Shown: positions 51,066 to 63,604, numbered from the stretch's first letter. The stretch is DNA of 64,000 nt from Octopus sinensis (GCF_006345805.1 NC_042998.1:14694001-14758000), one strand, 5' to 3'. The notes: generated from the sequence alone by a model not told the origin. A program made the numbers and translations.

Positions 51066-51654
51066 AATATGAGAAAGTACTCAATGTCCCAAAATCGTAC
51101 AATATAACGCAGCAAGCGTACATGTCCATAAGAGAGGAATCAAGGATAAAACAGAAACCGTCCTTTTCAGCATTGCGAAGTTTTCAATCGATTTAAAGCT
51201 ACCAGTTCAACAAAAGATCTGCCTCAGTCTAAATAGACGCAATGAAACAATGCTTTCTGGTGTCTGTCTCTCTGCATAATACAACAGAGTATGTGTCTAA
51301 TCGTTAACTGTACTTAGTAATGATATTGTGTCAAACTAAACATAAAGGGCAAATTGTGAAATGTTAATTTGTTGGAGTTTTTTTTTTGTATAACGCTTAA
51401 AAGGAATGATGTTACATATATATGTATACATTGCACCCATACACACATATATCTATGTATGTGCGTGTGCTGTGTGTATATGTGTGTGCGTTCGTGTGTG
51501 CCTTTGCAAGTGTATGTATATACATACATACACACAAACATGCATGCCTATATATATAATTATATATATATATATAATATATATATATATATATACATAC
51601 ATACATATACTTGCATATGCATATATATATATACAACACACATATACGTTCATA

Positions 51655-51697
51655 CGCAGATAGACAGACAGACAGACAGATAGATAGATAGACAGAC

Positions 51698-51749
<52 letters not shown>

Positions 51750-51767
51750 TGACAGACAGACTGATAA

Positions 51768-51829
<62 letters not shown>

Positions 51830-51878
51830 GATGGATGGATGGATGGATAGATAGATCGATAGATAGATAAATAGATAA

Positions 51879-51914
<36 letters not shown>

Positions 51915-51963
51915 ATAGATGGATGGATGGATGGATGGATGGATGAATGGATGGATGGATGGG

Positions 51964-52000
<37 letters not shown>

Positions 52001-52140
52001 TGATTGATAGATAGACATATTTCTTTATTAGCCACACAGGGCTGCACACAGACAGGACAAATTACAAGGTAGAGCTTTTCTTTTGAGGGTATAGATGGAT
52101 GGATGGACGGGTGGATGGATAGATAGATAGATAGATATGT
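51655..52140. repeat. (GATA)n/(GGAT)n/(GACA)n compound microsatellite
   Basis: Direct repeats surrounding a LINE 3' fragment. Confidence 0.93.
52019..52091 (-). mobile_element. 5'-truncated 3' end of the same Tx1-like LINE
   Basis: Near-identical to 1279-1350 (TTTCTTTATTAGCCACACAGGGCTGCACACAGA...CAAGGTAGAGCTTTTCTTTTGA). Confidence 0.9.
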
Positions 52141-52414
52141 ATTGGAAGGAAATAGGTTCCAAAGAATTCGCACACATAGCATACACATACACACACACAC
52201 ATACACACATACACACTTTCACAAACACTCACACATACACACACATAATCTCGGATTAAAACCCAATTTTGCGGAAGGAACATATCTTGCAATCGGGAAT
52301 ACAATGGCTTGCGGCTAGCGGATAACAACGATAATTATATTCTGCTGCCCATATATAAACCTGCACTCATTTCCATAGGATTTTCTTAAGGATGCCAATA
52401 TATATATATATATA

Positions 52415-52830
52415 TAGGCGCAGGAGTGGCTGTGTGGTAAGTAGCTTGCTTACCAACCACATGGTTCCGGGTTCAGTCCCACTGCGTGGCAACTTGGGCA
52501 AGTATCTTCTACTATAGCCTCGGGCCGACCAAAGCCTTGTGAGTGGATTTGGTAGACGGAAACTGAAAGAAGCCCGTAGTATATATGTATATATATATAT
52601 ATGCATGTGTGTGTTTGTGTGTCTGTGTTTGTCCCCCTAGCATTGCTTGACACCAATGCTGGTGTGTTTATGTCCCCGTTACTTAGCGGTTCGGCAAAAG
52701 ACACCGATAGAATAAGTACTGGGCTTACGAAAAGAATAAGTCCCGGGGTCGAGTTGCTCGATTTAAAGGCGGTGCTCCAGCATGGCCGCAGTCAAATGAC
52801 TGAAACAAGTAAAAGAGTAAAAGAGTAAAG
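52415..52830 (+). mobile_element. SINE family A, full length
   Basis: Family landmarks. Confidence 0.93.
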
Positions 52831-53064
52831 AGATACAGAGCTCGAATATACAGATGAAAGAAAATATTGGAATGAGAACAGAATAGTGGAGGCTGAAATT
52901 GCATTAAGAAATACCGTGCCTTGATTGATAAACTTTTTTCATTCGCGGGGTTCAGTTTTAATCTTAAACTTATTTCACGTTGATGTTAAATGTGGTTTAA
53001 CATTAAATTCAGCCAACATATCTAGATCTAGATCCAGTTCTAGATTTGGGATGCATATGTATTT

Positions 53065-53374
53065 ATTTATGCGCCCTTTTCAAGCCTAGCCAGACTCATG
53101 GGCCCGGTTTCCCGGTTTCTGTGGCGTATGTGTTCTCTCCACCTCACCCCCCTCCAGCTGGACGGGACGCCAGTCCATCGCAGCGTTACTCAAGAAACAG
53201 GAAGAGAGAGTGAGAGAAAGTTGGGGCGAAAGAGTACAACAGCCCCTGCCGGAACCTCGTGGGCTTTAGGTGTTTTCGTTCAATAAACACACACAACGCC
53301 CGGTCTGGGAATTGAAACCGCGATCCTCTGATCGCGAGTCAGCTGCCCTAACCACTGGGCCATTGCGCCTCCAC
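53065..53374 (-). mobile_element. SINE with family E head and a different 3' module
   Basis: Family E head and first body segment, then an unrelated GGGACGCCAGTCCATCGCAG-containing tail. Confidence 0.78.
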
Positions 53375-53739
53375 TTGTGATGCATTACCTTTTTAAAATT
53401 TCTAAGATTCATTATTATTATTTTTGTTTTGTTTTCGGTGATATTACCAAATTTTTTGATGACAGATTTCGCAGAGCATGGGGCAATATATCTTAGGGTA
53501 GTTATTTAAATCCTTTTGCGTTCCGAATACAAATTCTGACCGGGCTTGTTTCTCCATCCATTCTCTCTAGGTTTGATGATGGTTCGATGAATAAATTCTT
53601 GAGTTGATAATATTTCATTATTGCCAGAATCCATTCACATTCCATTGACTGGTATTATTAACAAAATAAAAGAATGGAAAGCGACAACAACAGAGATTGT
53701 ATTAAACCATTAATTAAAAAAAAAAACAATTAAAACGGC

Positions 53740-53945
53740 AATCTAGCAGAATCGTTAATTCACCGGACGATATGCTTAGCAGCGTTTCGTTTGTCTTTAT
53801 TTTCTGACTTCTGCTGAAGTTGACTTTGTCTTTCATCATTTTTGGGTCGATAAAGTAAGTATTAGTTGACCACTGGGGTCGATGCAATCGACTTGCCCCG
53901 CTCCCGAAATTCCAGGCCTTTTACTTATGGTAGAAATAATTAATT
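53740..53945 (+). mobile_element. SINE family B (B2 tail), degraded
   Basis: GCAGAATCGTT, GACTTTGTCTTTCATC and CACTGGGGTCGAT landmarks. Confidence 0.7.
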
Positions 53946-54218
53946 ACAGAAAGAAACGTACTCTGCTATGACAAATGGCGGTCTACGGCAGAGAAAATAT
54001 AGCAGAACGTACGAATTTGGATAAGTAGGTATACAATGGAGAGAAAAGACGTTTCAGGATTGTGTCTTTATTCTGCTGAAAACGCTTTTCAAAACTCTGA
54101 TGAGTGTTCAATCTCGAAACATGAGGTTCTTCATATCCAAAAGGCTGCGGTATCTATACAAACATTAATATCGCTGCAAAATAACACCGAGAATTGTTGA
54201 CGAACTGGTCAATGGTGT

Positions 54219-54600
54219 GGAAGCACTCCGTCGGTTACGACGACGAGGGTTCCGGTTGATCCGATCAACGGAACAGCCTGCTCGTGAAATTAACGTGTAA
54301 GTGGCTGAGCACTCCACAGACACGTGTACCCTTAACGTAATTCTCGGGGATATTCAGCGTGACACAGAGAGTGACAAGGCCGGCCCTTTGAAATACAGGT
54401 ACAACAGAAACAGGAAGTAAGAATGAGAGAAAGTTGTGGTGAAAGAGTACAGCAGGGAACACCACCATCCCTGCCGGAACCTCGCGGAGCTTTAGGTGTT
54501 TTCGCTCAATAAACACTCACAACGCCCGGTCTGGGAATCGAAACCGCGATCCTACTACCGCGAGTCCGCTGCCCTAACCACTGGGCCATTGCGCCTCCAC
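54219..54600 (-). mobile_element. SINE family E, full length, 12-bp TSD
   Basis: GGTCAATGGTGT at 54207-54218 and 54601-54612. Confidence 0.93.
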
Positions 54601-54731
54601 GGTCAATGGTGTATCACTTTGTCGACCAATGTATTCTCTTGATTCCTATTCCAGAATCATTTGCAGGATTGTGTTCATGGTCTAGACATCGGTTCTCAAC
54701 TTGGCTCCATATGGCCCTTAAGGGTCCAAAT

Positions 54732-54794
54732 AAAGGCGGTGCTCCAGCATGGCCGCGGTCAAATGCCTGAAACAAGTAAAAGAGTAAAGAGTAA
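54732..54794 (+). mobile_element. SINE family A tail only
   Basis: AAAGGCGGTGCTCCAGCATGGCCGC...GAGTAAAGAG. Confidence 0.8.
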
Positions 54795-55133
54795 ATAGTA
54801 CACACACATAAGGGGCCATTTGAGTCTGTAAGCATGCGGAGGTATGTGACAGCATTTTTCTCTATTCTGCTTTTATTTCGTGAATCCACGTAGAATATAG
54901 GGGAAAATAAAATCTATATTGCGTACATATCCTTCTTTTTTGTTCTTTTGTGTGTATTTTTTTTTTTTTTCAAGCATTTTCACTGAAGGCTTTAAGGTGT
55001 CTTAATAAAAGAGAATATTTTATATATGCCAGCAGTTTAGACATGCACGCTTTGAAACTCACACACGAATGCTCACGCAGCTGACACACACACACAAAGA
55101 GAGGTATACATGTGTATGTGCATATGTATCATA

Positions 55134-55186
<53 letters not shown>

Positions 55187-55363
55187 CAGTGTTTTCTTTT
55201 ATGTATATCTCTATTCAAAATTACCACCAACGTATTTACGTTTCCCTTTATTTCTTTTCAAGTTGATCTGCAAGGTTAAACTGACATTTCTCTTCAAATC
55301 TGTGAAAATTTGCTTTGTTTTGCTTTGTGAGCTCTCTCTCTCTCTCTATCTCTCCCTCACTCT

Positions 55364-55400
<37 letters not shown>

Positions 55401-55569
55401 CCTTCCCCCACTCCTTCTCTCGCTCGCTTTCACAGGGAATATTTGGTAGATTTCCAGTTCCCGCTCCATAAACACATATTTAATCTTCATTTTGGGCTTA
55501 TGTCTACGCGCACACACGTCTCCACAGCACACGCAATCAAATATATATATACATATGCGTATACATCTG

Positions 55570-56163
55570 TGTATGTATGTATGTATGTATGTATGTATGT
55601 ATGTATGTATTGTATGTATGTATGTATGTTATGTATGTGTGTGTGTATGTGTATGTATGTATGTATTGTGTATGTGTGGTGTATGTATGTATGTATGTAT
55701 GTATTATGTATGTGTGTGTGTGTGTAGTATGTATGTATGTATGTATGTATGTGTATGTGTGTGTGTATGTATGTATGTATGTATGTGTGTGTTATGTATG
55801 TGTGTATGTATGTGTGTGTGTGTGTATGTAGTATGTATGTGTGTGTGTGTGTATGTATGTATGTACGTATATATACATATATGTGTGTATGCATCTGTGT
55901 ATGTATGTTTGTATGTATGTATGTATGTATGTATGTGTGTGTGTATGTATGTATGTATGTATGTATGTATGTGTGTGTGTATGTATGTATGTATGTATGT
56001 AGTAGTGTGTGTGTATGTATGTATGTATGTATGTATGTGTGTGTGTGTATGTATGTATGTATGTATGTGTGTGTGTGTATGTATGTATGTATGTATGTAT
56101 GTGTGTGTGTGTATGTATGTATGTATGTATGTATGTGTGTGTGTATGTATGTGTGTGTATGTA

Positions 56164-56194
<31 letters not shown>

Positions 56195-56665
56195 GTGTGT
56201 GTGTATGTATGTATGTACGTATATATACATATATGTGTGTATGCATCTGTGTATGTATGTATGTATGTATGTATGTATGTATGTATGTATGTATGTATGT
56301 ATGTGTGTGGTGTGTATGATGTATGTATGTATGTATGTATGTGTGTGTGTGTATGTATGTATGTATGTATGTATGTGTTGTGTGTATGTATGTATGTATG
56401 TATGTTGTATGTATGTATGTGTGTGTTGTATGTATGTATGTATGTATGTATGGTGTGTTGTATGTATGTATGTATGTATGTATGTATGTATGTGTGGTGT
56501 ATGTATGTATGTATGTATGTAGGGTGTGTGTATGTGGTATGTATGTGTGTGTGTGTGTGTATGTATGTATGTGTGTGTGTGTGTATGTATGTATGTACGT
56601 ATATATACATATATGTGTGTATGCATCTGTGTATGTATGTATGTATGTATGTATGTATGTATGTA

Positions 56666-56696
<31 letters not shown>

Positions 56697-56745
56697 ATGT
56701 GTGTATGTGTGTGTGTATGTATGTATGTATGTATGTATGTATGTA

Positions 56746-56776
<31 letters not shown>

Positions 56777-56907
56777 ATGTATGTATGTGTGTGTGTGTAT
56801 GTATGTATGTATGTATGTATGTATGTGTGTGTGTGTATGTATGTATGTATGTATGTATGTATGTGTGTGTGTGTATGTATGTATGTATGTATGTATGTAT
56901 GTATGTA

Positions 56908-56938
<31 letters not shown>

Positions 56939-57247
56939 ATGTATGTATGTATGTATGTATGTGTGTGTGTGTATGTATGTATGTATGTATGTATGTGTGT
57001 GTGTATGTATGTGTGTATGTATGTGTGTGTGTATGTATGTATGTATGTGTGTGTATATGTATGTATGTACGTATATATACATATATGTGTGTATGCATCT
57101 GTGTATGTATGTATGTATGTATGTATGTATGTATGTGTGTGTGTGTATGTATGTATGTATGTATGTATGTATGTATGTGTGTGTGTGTATGTATGTATGT
57201 ATGTATGTATGTGTGTGTATGTATGTATGTATGTATGTATGTATGTA

Positions 57248-57278
<31 letters not shown>

Positions 57279-57343
57279 ATGTATGTATGTATGTGTGTGT
57301 GTATGTATGTATGTATGTGTGTGTGTATGTATGTGTGTATGTA

Positions 57344-57376
<33 letters not shown>

Positions 57377-57480
57377 GTGTGTGTGTATGTATGTATGTAC
57401 GTATATATACATATATGTGTGTATGCATCTGTGTATGTATGTATGTCGTATGTATGTGCGTGTGTTTGTCCGTATGTCTA
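55570..57480. repeat. 1.9-kb (ATGT)n/(GT)n array with higher-order structure
   Basis: Marker GTACGTATATATACATATATGTGTGTATGCATCTGT recurs five times. Confidence 0.93.
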
Positions 57481-57704
57481 TGCACATGTAGTAGTAAATA
57501 GAAGCGGGTGTATCTAGACATTGTATCTGTGGTTAATCCAAGTGAGGAATTTGGTCACGGAGCGTGCTCAACGATTCAACAGATAACCGGTAACATGATG
57601 TGTGTATATGGGAATGAAAGGATTTGAATATACGAATATCCATGTGTGGTTGTGTGTATACATACATACGTACCCACAAACACACACATATGATAATATG
57701 ATAA

Positions 57705-58129
57705 ATAGGCGCAGGAGTGGCCGTGTGGTAAGTAGCTTGCCTACCAACCACATGGTTCCGGGTTCAGTCCCACTGCGTGGCATCTTGGGCGAGTGTCTTC
57801 TGCTATAGCCTCGGGCCGACCAATGCCTTGTGAGTGGATTTGGTAGAGGGGAAACTGAAAGAAGCCTGTCGTATATATGTATATATATGTATATGTATGT
57901 GTGTGTATATGTTTGTGTGTCTGTGTTTGTCTCTCTAGCATTGCTTGACAACCGATGCTGGTGTGTTTACGTCCCCGTAACTAAGCTGTTCGGCAAAAGA
58001 GACCGATAGAATAAGTACTGGGCTTACAAAGAATAAGTCCCGGGGTCGATTTGCTCGACTAAAGGCGGTGCTCCAGCATGGCCGCAGTCAAATGACTGAA
58101 ACAAGTAAAAGAGTAAAGAGTAAAAGAGT
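57705..58129 (+). mobile_element. SINE family A, full length
   Basis: Family landmarks. Confidence 0.93.
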
Positions 58130-58377
58130 ATGCATTCAAGGTTTCGGGAGCAGGGTGCGGGGAACAGAGGGCGCACTTGCACAGACTAAAATTTTGCGTG
58201 GGATAAAAAAATTTAATACTGTAACCCCTACTTACTTTTCTCGGGCTTCAAAATTTCTCAATGTTTAAAAATTAATCTGTAAGATGGTGGATGAAGTTAG
58301 GTTTCTTCACAAAATAACCACAAAGAAATAAAATAAATAACCCCCCAAACAAAAAAAAACATCCCTAGAAAGATATA

Positions 58378-58531
58378 TTACCACATGGTCCCGGGGTTCA
58401 GTCCTACCTCGTGGCACCTTGGGCAACTGTCTTCTATTATAGATTCGGGTTACTACAGCCTCGGGCTAAGCCTTGTGAGTGGAAAGCCTTGTTAGACGGA
58501 AACTGAAAGAAACATGTCGTATATGTGTGTG

Positions 58532-58562
<31 letters not shown>

Positions 58563-58565
58563 ATG

Positions 58566-58604
<39 letters not shown>

Positions 58605-58727
58605 TTGTGTGTGTGTGTCCACCAACATGGCTTGACAACCGATGCTGGTGCGTTTACATCACCGTAAACTAGCGGTTCGGCGGAAGATATTGCGTGCGTG
58701 TGTGTGTGTGTGTGCGTGTATGTGTGT

Positions 58728-58763
<36 letters not shown>

Positions 58764-58985
58764 TGTGCGTTTGTGTGTGTTTGTGTGTGTGTCCACCAAC
58801 ATGGCTTGACAACCAATGCTGGTGCGTTTATATCCCCGTAACATAGCGGTTCGACGAAAGAGACCGATAGAGTAAGTACCAGGTTTTACAAAGAATAAGT
58901 CCTGGGGTCGACTAGTTCGTCTAAAAAGGCAGTACTTCAGCATGGTCGCTGAAACAAATGACTGAAACAAATAAGAGAATAAAAG
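58378..58985 (+). mobile_element. SINE family A with internal duplication
   Basis: GTCCACCAACATGGCTTGACAACC...AGCGGTTCG segment occurs twice (about 58617 and 58790). Confidence 0.85.
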
Positions 58986-59251
58986 AATACTGGCCTGAAA
59001 CATCCTCAACATTAAAATTACAACTAAAATTATATACTAGCACATCTGATGAACTCTTAAACGCCACAATCAACAGCCCTTCACAGTTCTGCTATCCACT
59101 TGCTTATTCCTTCAGAATATCACAAGTGGCCCTTTATCCTCATTGTCCTTATTTTCGACTGGTACTACCCTTACCACAACTAAACAACAGCAACAACAAA
59201 ATCAGCATGGGAAGTCACTCTTTAATACTAGAACAATTGAAACGTTAGCAC

Positions 59252-59909
59252 GCGAGCTGGCAGAATCGTGAGCGCGCCAGGGGAAATGCTCAGCGGTATT
59301 TCGTCTGCCGTTACGTTCCGAGTTCAAATTCCACCGAGGTCGACTTTGCCTTTCATCCTTTCGGCGACGATAAATCAAGTACCAGTTATGCACTGGGGTC
59401 GATATAATCGACTTAATCCGTTTGTCTGTCCTTGTTTGTCCTCTCTGTGTTTAGCCCATTGTAGGTAGTAAAAAATAGGTATTTTGTCTGCCCCTACGTT
59501 CTGAGTTCAAATTCCGCCGAGGTCGACTTTGCCTTTCATCCTTTCGGGGTCGATAAATTAAGTACCAGTTATGCACTGGGGTCGATGTAATCGACTTAAA
59601 TCGTTTGTCTGTCCTTGTTTGTCCTCTCTGTGTTTAGCCCCTTCTGGGTAGTAAAAAATACGTATTTTGTCTGCCCCTATGTTCTGAGTTCAAATTCCGC
59701 AGAGGTCGACTTTGCCTTTCATCCTTTCGGGGTCAATGAATTAAGTACCAGTTATGCACTGGGGTCGATGTAATCGACTTAAACCGTTTGTCTGTCCTTC
59801 TTTGTCCTCTCTGTGTTTAGCCCCTTGTGGGTAGTAAAAAGTAGGAATTTTGTCTGCCGTTACGTTCTGAGTTCAAATTCCGCCGAGGTCGACTTTGCAT
59901 TTCATCCTT
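59252..59909 (+). mobile_element. SINE family B four-unit array, 183-bp period
   Basis: Unit starts at 59295, 59478, 59661 and 59844; the last unit is truncated. Confidence 0.93.
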
Positions 59910-60330
59910 TGATTTATAACTTTTAGTTTTGAACGCCTGACTAAATTTATGTGGGCTGCGATCATACCAAGCAGTGTCAATGACTTCTTTTCGCATTTTT
60001 TTTGTTGTGTAGCTGTTCATTGATCTTTAAGTTCGGTCACGGTACTCATTTCTATTGAAGTACTCATTTCAAGGGCAGCTAACCCATTAAGTCTCAGTGT
60101 CCTTTAAATAGGACACTAAATGAGAACATTAAATAAGCTAAAACATATTGTCGCAGTGACCTAATTTTAGGACACCGAGTATTTCCAATTCTACTTGAAG
60201 TAATGGAGTTTTAATAAATATTTTATTCATTTTAACCTATTTTCAATCATCTGTAAAAACTTAAAAGTAATATTCAAAAATTTAAGTACTCTGGGACTTA
60301 ATGGTTTGAATGTATTAAAGTCAGTAAATC

Positions 60331-60728
60331 GACGATCTGGTAGAAACGTTAGCACGCCGGGCGAAATGCTTAGCAGTATTTTGTCTGCCGCTACGTTCTG
60401 AGTTCAAATTCCACCGAGGTCGACTTTGCTTTTCATCCTTTCGAGGTCGATTAAATATGTACCAGTTACGCACTGGGGTCGATATAATTGACTTAATGCG
60501 TTTGTCTGTCCGCGTTTGTCCCCTCTGTATTTAGCCCCTTGTGAGTGGTAAAGAAATAGGTATTTCGTCAGTCTTTACGTTCGAGTTCAAATTCCGTTGG
60601 GGTCGACTTTGCCTTTCATCCTTTCAGGGTTGATAAATTAAGTACAAGTTAAGTAAGTACTGGGATCGATCTAATCGACTGGACCCCTCTCCAAAATAGC
60701 CGGGCTTCGTGCCTCGAGTAGAAAAAAA
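60331..60728 (+). mobile_element. SINE family B two-unit array ending in B2 tail
   Basis: Unit starts at 60375 and 60559. Confidence 0.9.
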
Positions 60729-61142
60729 TACTAGAACAATTTGATGACCTATTAAACTCCACGGCCAAGAACCCTTCACAGTCTAGCTATCCACTTCCTC
60801 ATTTCACTTGAATACTATAACCGATCCATCATCATCATCATCATTGCCATCATGTTCCACTGTTACTGTCCTTACCACAACAAAATAATAGCAACAACAA
60901 GATCAGCCTGGAAGTCCTTCATCTGTACTAGAACAATTGTTGATCTATTAAACAACATATTGTCCCTAGCTCTTCTCTACAGTCAGGCCACTGAAGTTCA
61001 TCTCAGAGTAACACAAGATATCCATTATCACTATTGTTGTCCTAGTCTACTGCTACAAACATTACCACTACTACTACTCTTATTAGTAGTGAAGAATCAC
61101 TCCTTTCTTCCCCCACTGTCCACCTCAATCTGAATGAATACC

Positions 61143-61741
61143 TATTTCCTTATTAGCCACAAGGGGCTAAACATAGAGGGAACAAACAAGGACAGACATA
61201 GGTATTAAGTCGATTACATCGACTCCAGTGCGTAACTGGTACTTAATTTATCGACCCCGAAAGGATGAAAGGTAAAGTTGACCTCGGCGGAATTTGAAGT
61301 CAGAACTTAGCGACAGACGAAATACCAATTTCTTTACTACCCACAAGGGGCTAAATACAGACAGGACAAACAAGGACAGACAAACGGATTAAGTCGATTA
61401 CATCGACCCCAGTGCGTAACTGGTACTTAATTTATCGACCCCGAAAGGATGAAAGGTAAAGTTGACCTCGGCGGAATTTGAAGTCAGAACTTAGCGACAG
61501 ACGAAATACCTATTTCTTTTCTACCCACAAGGGGCTAAATACAGACAGAACAAACAAGGACAGACAAACGGATTAAGTCGATTACATCGACCCTAGTGCG
61601 TAACTGGTACTTAATTTATCGACCCCGAAAGGATGAAAAGCAAAGTCGACCTCGGCGGAATTTGAACTCTCAACGTAAAGGCAGACGAGATACCGCTAAG
61701 CATTTCGCCCGGCGTGCTAACGTTTCTGCCAGCTCACCGCC
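61143..61741 (-). mobile_element. SINE family B three-unit array with 18-bp TSD
   Basis: Junctions near 61326 and 61510; TSD TCAATCTGAATG(A/T)ATACC at 61125-61142 and 61742-61759. Confidence 0.93.
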
Positions 61742-61797
61742 TCAATCTGAATGTATACCTGACAACTCCATGATAAATCTGCTAACTCTTTTTTTTT

Positions 61798-61875
61798 TTA
61801 CTCTTTTACTCTTTTATTTGTTTCAGTCATTGACTGCGGCCATGCTGGGGCAGCGCGCCTTTTAGTCGAGCAAAT
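61798..61875 (-). mobile_element. SINE family A tail cut by the gap
   Basis: Tail landmarks up to the N run. Confidence 0.8.
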
Positions 61876-61975
61876 NNNNNNNNNNNNNNNNNNNNNNNNN
61901 NNNNNNNNNNNNNNNNNNNNNNNNNNNNNNNNNNNNNNNNNNNNNNNNNNNNNNNNNNNNNNNNNNNNNNNNNNN
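61876..61975. other. Assembly gap (100 N)
   Basis: Exactly 100 N, typical of an unsized scaffold join. Confidence 0.99.
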
Positions 61976-62140
61976 TATGTACATTATTTACGTTATTTGC
62001 ATTATTTACATTTGACGGATATTTGTCCACGTCTTGTTTGTTGTTAACACAATGTTTCGGCTGATATACCCTCCAGCCTTCATCAGGTGTCTTGGGGAAA
62101 TTTCAAACCTGGGTTCTCAGTCCAAAGGTATTTTTCAATG

Positions 62141-62179
<39 letters not shown>

Positions 62180-62283
62180 TATTATTATATTATTGGTGTT
62201 GTTGTTGTTGTTGTTGTGTTGTTGTTGTTGTTATTGTCCAGGGCACTGCTTGAAATCGAAGATTCCACTATGCCATATGTCCA
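61976..62283 (-). mobile_element. tRNA-headed SINE family G, left copy (head partly deleted)
   Basis: Reverse complement of 62284-62607, including hammerhead-like motif at 62046-62091 and (TGTAAATAA)n-like tail. Confidence 0.8.
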
Positions 62284-62392
62284 TGGGCATATGACATAGT
62301 GGTTAAGAGCGCAGGCTACTAACCCCAGGATTCCAAGTTTGATTGCAAGCAGTGACCAGAACAATAACAACAACAACAACAACAACAACAAC

Positions 62393-62448
<56 letters not shown>

Positions 62449-62607
62449 TAATAACATTGAAAAATACCTTAGGACTGAGAACCCAGGTTTGAAATTTCCC
62501 CCAAGACACCTGAAGAAGGCTGGAGGGTATATCAGCCGAAACGTTGTGTTAACAACAAACAAGATGAGGACAAATATCCGTTGAATGTAAATAATGTAAA
62601 TAATGTC
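62284..62607 (+). mobile_element. tRNA-headed SINE family G, right copy
   Basis: A box TGACATAGTGG, degenerate B box, (AAC/AAT)n spacer, motif at 62505-62550, (TGTAAATAA)n tail. Confidence 0.82.
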
Positions 62608-62713
62608 CATCTCATCTCTTTACATATTTTCATTCCTTACTCTCCGTCTCTTCATGTACAATTTTTAGGAATTTATAGTCATATCTGTCGTCCCCCAGTA
62701 CTTTTTCTTTCAA

Positions 62714-63003
62714 GGCTGGTACTTATTTTATCCGCTGCTTTTGCTGAACTGCTATGTTACAGGAACGTAATAACAACAATACCTGTTGTTAAGTGGTGTT
62801 GGGGGAACAAACACAGACAAAAAGACACACACACACACATACATATATGTGTATTTATATACGACAGGCTTCTTTCAGGTTCCGTCAACAAAATTCACTC
62901 AGAAGGCCTTGGTTGGCCCGAGGCTATAGTAGAAAACACTTGCCAAAGGTGCCACACTGTGGAATTGAACCTGGAACAATGTGGTTTACCACACAGCCAC
63001 ACC
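62714..63003 (-). mobile_element. SINE family A, diverged, 3'-truncated
   Basis: Family landmarks. Confidence 0.82.
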
Positions 63004-63199
63004 TATATCTAATATATATATATATATATATATAAATCAATAAATGGTGGGGTTGTGTTGACCGCACGTGGAGAAATGATAAGCAAGGAAAAAGGCAGAA
63101 TGCTAAATTGAAACAAAATTTTAATGAAAATGGGTGTATGGAAAAATTTTTGAAAAATTGATAAAATATATATATATTAATTCAAACCGGTTTTCATTA

Positions 63200-63604
63200 T
63201 AGGCGCAGGAGTGGCTGTGTGGTAAGTAACCTGTCTACCAACCACATGGTTCTGGGTTCAGTCCCACTGTGTGGCACTTTGGGCAAGTGTCTTCTACTAT
63301 AGCCTCGGGCCGACCAAAGCCTTGTGAGTGGATTTGGTAGGCGGAAACTGAAAGAAACCCGTCGTATATAAGTATGCATGTGTGTGTTTGTGTGTCTGTT
63401 TTTTCCCCCATAGCATTGCTTGACAACCGATGCTGGTGTGTTTGTGTCCCCGTCACTTAGCGGTTCAGCAAAAGAGACCGATAGAATAAGTACTGGGCTT
63501 ACAATAGAATAAGTTCTGGGGTCGAGTTGCTCGATTAAAGGCAGTGCTTCAGCATGGCCGCAGTCAAATGACTGAAACAAGTAAAAGAGTAAATAGTAAA
63601 GAGT
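63200..63604 (+). mobile_element. SINE family A, full length
   Basis: Family landmarks. Confidence 0.93.

Noticed and set aside
53571-53670. Acceptor ccattctctctag followed by FDDGSMNKFLS* and AATAAA
   Set aside because: An isolated signal with no partner exon, and SINE orientation here suggests the opposite strand.
54091-54129. CTGATGAG...CGAAACATG motif
   Set aside because: Helix II is mismatched, helix III is not palindromic, and the cleavage position would be G.
55487-57521. Very long ORFs (up to 666 aa) on both strands
   Set aside because: Translations of (ATGT)n/(GT)n repeats, which lack stop codons by composition; the same applies to 25739-26836, 48259-49167, 14496-15074, 32612-33283 and similar ORFs.
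59252-59909. Regular 183-bp array and the 34-bp array at 48392 as possible CRISPR
   Set aside because: No unique spacers, no cas genes, eukaryotic context; these are SINE units and a minisatellite.
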